In this document: positions 27,638 to 30,472 of the stretch, piece after piece
Layout of the letters: each line of letters starts with the position of its first letter
Numbering within the stretch: position 1 is the first letter of the stretch
Source of the DNA: Promethearchaeota archaeon
Lineage (GTDB): Archaea; Asgardarchaeota; Lokiarchaeia; Sigyniarchaeales; SOKP01
NCBI GenBank assembly: GCA_019058015.1
Contig: JAHLWH010000205.1
Span: 1 to 30,472 of the forward strand
DNA length: 30,472 bases
Direction of reading: 5' to 3'
Position numbers and translations under genes: made by a program
Notes under the pieces: model-generated
What the model was told of the DNA's origin: nothing
What the model saw: only the letters and a program-made list of their open reading frames with translations
The model's database searches: none

Positions 27638-28714
27638 TTAATATTTTCCATATTTTAATACTGCGGCCATAAAAGTCTTGACATTTTCAAGGGGAATTTC
27701 CTTAAAAATGACCGTGCTGGGACCTAATATAAAATGTCTGTTATCCTTTAGTGCTTCCATTAATTCTTTAACATGAGCATCAACTTGGTCTGTTGTACCG
27801 AATGGAAGAACATCACTAACATCTCCAAAGCCAATTACTACAAAATCTGGAAAATGCTCATTTATATAGAAAGGATCACAACCACCTTCCCAACCTTGTA
27901 AACCTTGAAAACCAGCTCTCTGAAAAGAAGATATCATTTCTGTTGCATTACCGTCTGTATGAACTTGAGGAATCATTCCAGCATCTGTGATTATTGAATT
28001 AATTTCTTTATAATGAGGTAAAAAATCCTGATCCCAATGCTTAGATGAAATCATTGTTCGACCCTTGTATGCGATATCATCTAAAAGATTTAAGATCTTT
28101 CCTCTTCCATCCGTTGCCTCGATTAAACCTTCAATATTTAATCTCGATATTTCTGCATAGAATTTTATCAATTCTCTGTAGAGTTTTGTTTTTTTTCGGA
28201 AATGATGGCTAAATACAGACATCCCCATGCTCCTCCATACTTTATCAAAAATGCCATCAATTATCAATACTGGAAATATCGAAGGATATAACTTTTCATA
28301 TCGTATGATCATATCTCTAATTTGCTTGCTTCTATCAATTCGCTTTAAATTTGCTCGAAGCCTATCCAAAATCTCCAATGAATATATATATCCTCCTTGA
28401 TAATAAGGAGAATCACTAAGTACAGCTTCTCCGTTTGCATTAATCCTAACTTTATTACCTTTACTATCTTCTATCGTAATTGATTTGGTTTTAACACTTG
28501 AAGGAAATGGCGCAAAAATTGCATCAAATCCTAAAACAAACGGAATATCAAAATATAGATTATTAAATAATTGCCCTTTATAATTTTCTAACAATGTATC
28601 TTTATGTTGGATAATAAACTCATTTCTTATGTATTGTACATGGGTGGGAACGCGATCTAATTTTTTTCTTTTATCATCATTATAAACAGCAAGATATCGC
28701 TCACTGGCATTCAT
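27638..28714 (-). CDS. URO-D-fold protein (divergent)
   Basis: MNASERYLA..LDRVP, DDIAYKG..MIS, HTDG, LPFGT..V, FILGPS and IPLENV. Confidence 0.82.
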   Translation of the reverse strand: MNASERYLAVYNDDKRKKLDRVPTHVQYIRNEFIIQHKDTLLENYKGQLFNNLYFDIPFVLGFDAIFAPFPSSVKTKSITIEDSKGNKVRINANGEAVLSDSPYYQGGYIYSLEILDRLRANLKRIDRSKQIRDMIIRYEKLYPSIFPVLIIDGIFDKVWRSMGMSVFSHHFRKKTKLYRELIKFYAEISRLNIEGLIEATDGRGKILNLLDDIAYKGRTMISSKHWDQDFLPHYKEINSIITDAGMIPQVHTDGNATEMISSFQRAGFQGLQGWEGGCDPFYINEHFPDFVVIGFGDVSDVLPFGTTDQVDAHVKELMEALKDNRHFILGPSTVIFKEIPLENVKTFMAAVLKYGKY

Positions 28715-29029
28715 GATATTTCCCCATTTCTTAATTAGTTTTCTACTTATATTTCTGAATTATTAATAATAAAAAGATGAAAGCAATTACTAAATATATA
28801 ATTAATTTAATATCCTCTAAATTTAGAACTTATTTTAATATTTTTTAATTCTTACATAGAAAATTGATATTTAGATATTTATTTAATAAGATAAATATCA
28901 TTTTTTAAAAATGTCAATCTAAGAAAAAGTAGATGTTAGAAGACTTTCAACTTTAATAAAATAAAATATAAATAAATAGAATTTGGTTTTATTTAATTTA
29001 TTGAAAACATATTTAAGTGATTTCTAATA

Positions 29030-30100
29030 GTGAGTTTAGACTATACAAAAAAAAAGATGGCAAAGGATAGATTAAGATTTTTTATTTATGAAATTTCAAT
29101 ATCGTTTGTTTTTATATTTTTCCTTATGATTGTCGTTTGGGGATTACTTACTTTTATTGTAAATATAGATTCGATTTTTTTTGGACCATTATTTTATTTA
29201 ATAAGAGCTCTAATGACATTTTTCGCGATACCATTAATTTTATTATTATCTTCTAAATTTTTATTGGGATCTGAAAGTAGAAATACAATTTTAGAACAAG
29301 ATATTTCTCCTTCTATTGGGCATTTGAGACTTTATAAAATAACAAAAAATAATTATAAATATCAGATAATATATGGGATTTTGATTTTTTTTTTAGTCTT
29401 TTTACCAATAGATTTTCTTACATATATCTTAATTCCCGAAATGATTGAATATCAAGCCTCCGCATTAAGTCTTTATGTACAAAATTCTTATTTATTATTG
29501 GATAACTATTTTCTATTTTTAATATCTGTAATTATTATTCAAATTTCTATTTCAATCTCTGAAGAAACAATTTGTAGAGGTCTTCTTACTAAAAGAGGGA
29601 GTGAGCATTTTCACAAAATGTCGGCGGTTATAATCTCATCTTTATATTTTGGATTATGTTATTTTACTTATTATCTTAATCCTTTAAGTAGATTTTATCC
29701 ATTTTGGTTTCCATTCATTTGGTTTTTAGAAGCATTTATAATAGGAATAATTCTTTCTCTAATATTATTAAGAAAGAAATGGTTGTTGCCAGCGATTTTT
29801 GCACACTCATTAAATAATATAATTTCAATACATACAATTTGGAATTTCTTGCAAGGAAATGAATTTATTGTCGTATTTTTATATCTTTATCTTCCTTTAT
29901 TAATTATCAGCTGTCTTATATTCATCTGGCAACTTCCTAAAATTAAAAAAAGTTTGTCGTTAGGGTTTAAAATTTTTAAAACGTATTTTAAAAATGATGA
30001 CCGCGTCCCAGAATCTAATAATAATAAATTTTTTCGCATGTTTATTGATTTACTTATCGGAATCCTAGTTTTTTTAATGAGTTTCTTGATTATAATATAA
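29030..30100 (+). CDS. CPBP family (CAAX protease type II/Abi) intramembrane protease-like protein
   Basis: Multiple TM helices, EETICRG (EExxxR) and HSLNN (HxxxN). The FxxxH motif reads FGLCY. GTG start. Confidence 0.85.
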   Translation: MSLDYTKKKMAKDRLRFFIYEISISFVFIFFLMIVVWGLLTFIVNIDSIFFGPLFYLIRALMTFFAIPLILLLSSKFLLGSESRNTILEQDISPSIGHLRLYKITKNNYKYQIIYGILIFFLVFLPIDFLTYILIPEMIEYQASALSLYVQNSYLLLDNYFLFLISVIIIQISISISEETICRGLLTKRGSEHFHKMSAVIISSLYFGLCYFTYYLNPLSRFYPFWFPFIWFLEAFIIGIILSLILLRKKWLLPAIFAHSLNNIISIHTIWNFLQGNEFIVVFLYLYLPLLIISCLIFIWQLPKIKKSLSLGFKIFKTYFKNDDRVPESNNNKFFRMFIDLLIGILVFLMSFLIII

Positions 30101-30249
30101 AAAAAGTTATGACTTATTGAAACTTGGGATTATGTCTAAAGTTCTTAGATTTTTTTATTAAAATTATTAATCGAAAAATTCTAGAATTATAATAATAAAA
30201 ATTAATGAAAGAAAAATTATTTTTTTTTAAAATACTGATGGTAATTATT

Positions 30250-30472
30250 ATGGATATACAAGTATCAAAGTTACGAGAAAATTTTAAGGGAAAACACTAT
30301 TTACTCACCACATCAGATAATATCACTTTATTTTTAAGAGTATGGAACCTACTAAAAAATCTAATAAGGCGATTCTGATTCTACATGGCATAACGGCTTA
30401 TAGTGGTCCCTATGAAGTAATAGGTAAGAATTTATCAAAGATGGACTACACCGTACTTGGGTTGGATTTAAG
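30250..30472 (+). pseudogene. 3'-partial alpha/beta hydrolase (lysophospholipase/monoacylglycerol lipase-like) with a single-base frameshift
   Basis: MDIQ..TTSDNITLFLRVW from 30250. Restoring one G after TGG (30343-30345) gives EPTKKSNKAILILHGITAYSGPY..GKNLSKMDYTVLGLDL(R), the Hydrolase_4 N-terminus. May be an assembly error. Confidence 0.75.

Noticed and set aside
27610-27651. N-terminal extension MENIKNQKKFNPLI of the GH4 ORF
   Set aside because: It overlaps the upstream URO-D gene; the family starts at MxKIAFIGAGS, so ATG 27609 is preferred.
1-30472. CRISPR arrays, tRNA/rRNA genes, IS elements, integrases
   Set aside because: No regularly spaced repeats, GC-rich structured RNA segments, or transposase/integrase motifs were seen by eye; very short or degenerate elements could have been missed.

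Overview
AT-rich archaeal chromosomal segment, most consistent with an Asgard archaeon of the Lokiarchaeia type. This is inferred from archaeal uS15 and eS1, GGTGA/GAGTGA Shine-Dalgarno motifs, a longin-like protein, two URO-D paralogues and C-terminally anchored Ig-like surface proteins. It holds 24 intact or partial CDS: housekeeping genes (rps15, rps3ae, rdgB, glmU-like, cobB), carbohydrate catabolism (GH13, GH127, GH4 interleaved with two URO-D-fold genes and a SAM methyltransferase), an MNT-HEPN toxin-antitoxin-like pair and membrane proteins. Three broken genes are also visible: a DUF4258-like remnant, a serine hydrolase with its catalytic segment deleted, and a frameshifted alpha/beta hydrolase. 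I saw no rRNA, tRNA, CRISPR array or transposase. The most notable observations are: (1) an intact F420-binding FrhB/FpoF-type Fe-S flavoprotein fused to a TrmB-like winged HTH, a candidate cofactor-redox-sensing transcription factor; (2) an MNT carrying an extra N-terminal wHTH, with a perfect 22-bp palindrome between its TATA box and SD; (3) a tandem longin-like protein; (4) a possible AUC start codon for uS15; (5) a single-pass surface protein with a cytoplasmic double zinc ribbon. All family calls come from motif recognition by eye; no searches were run.
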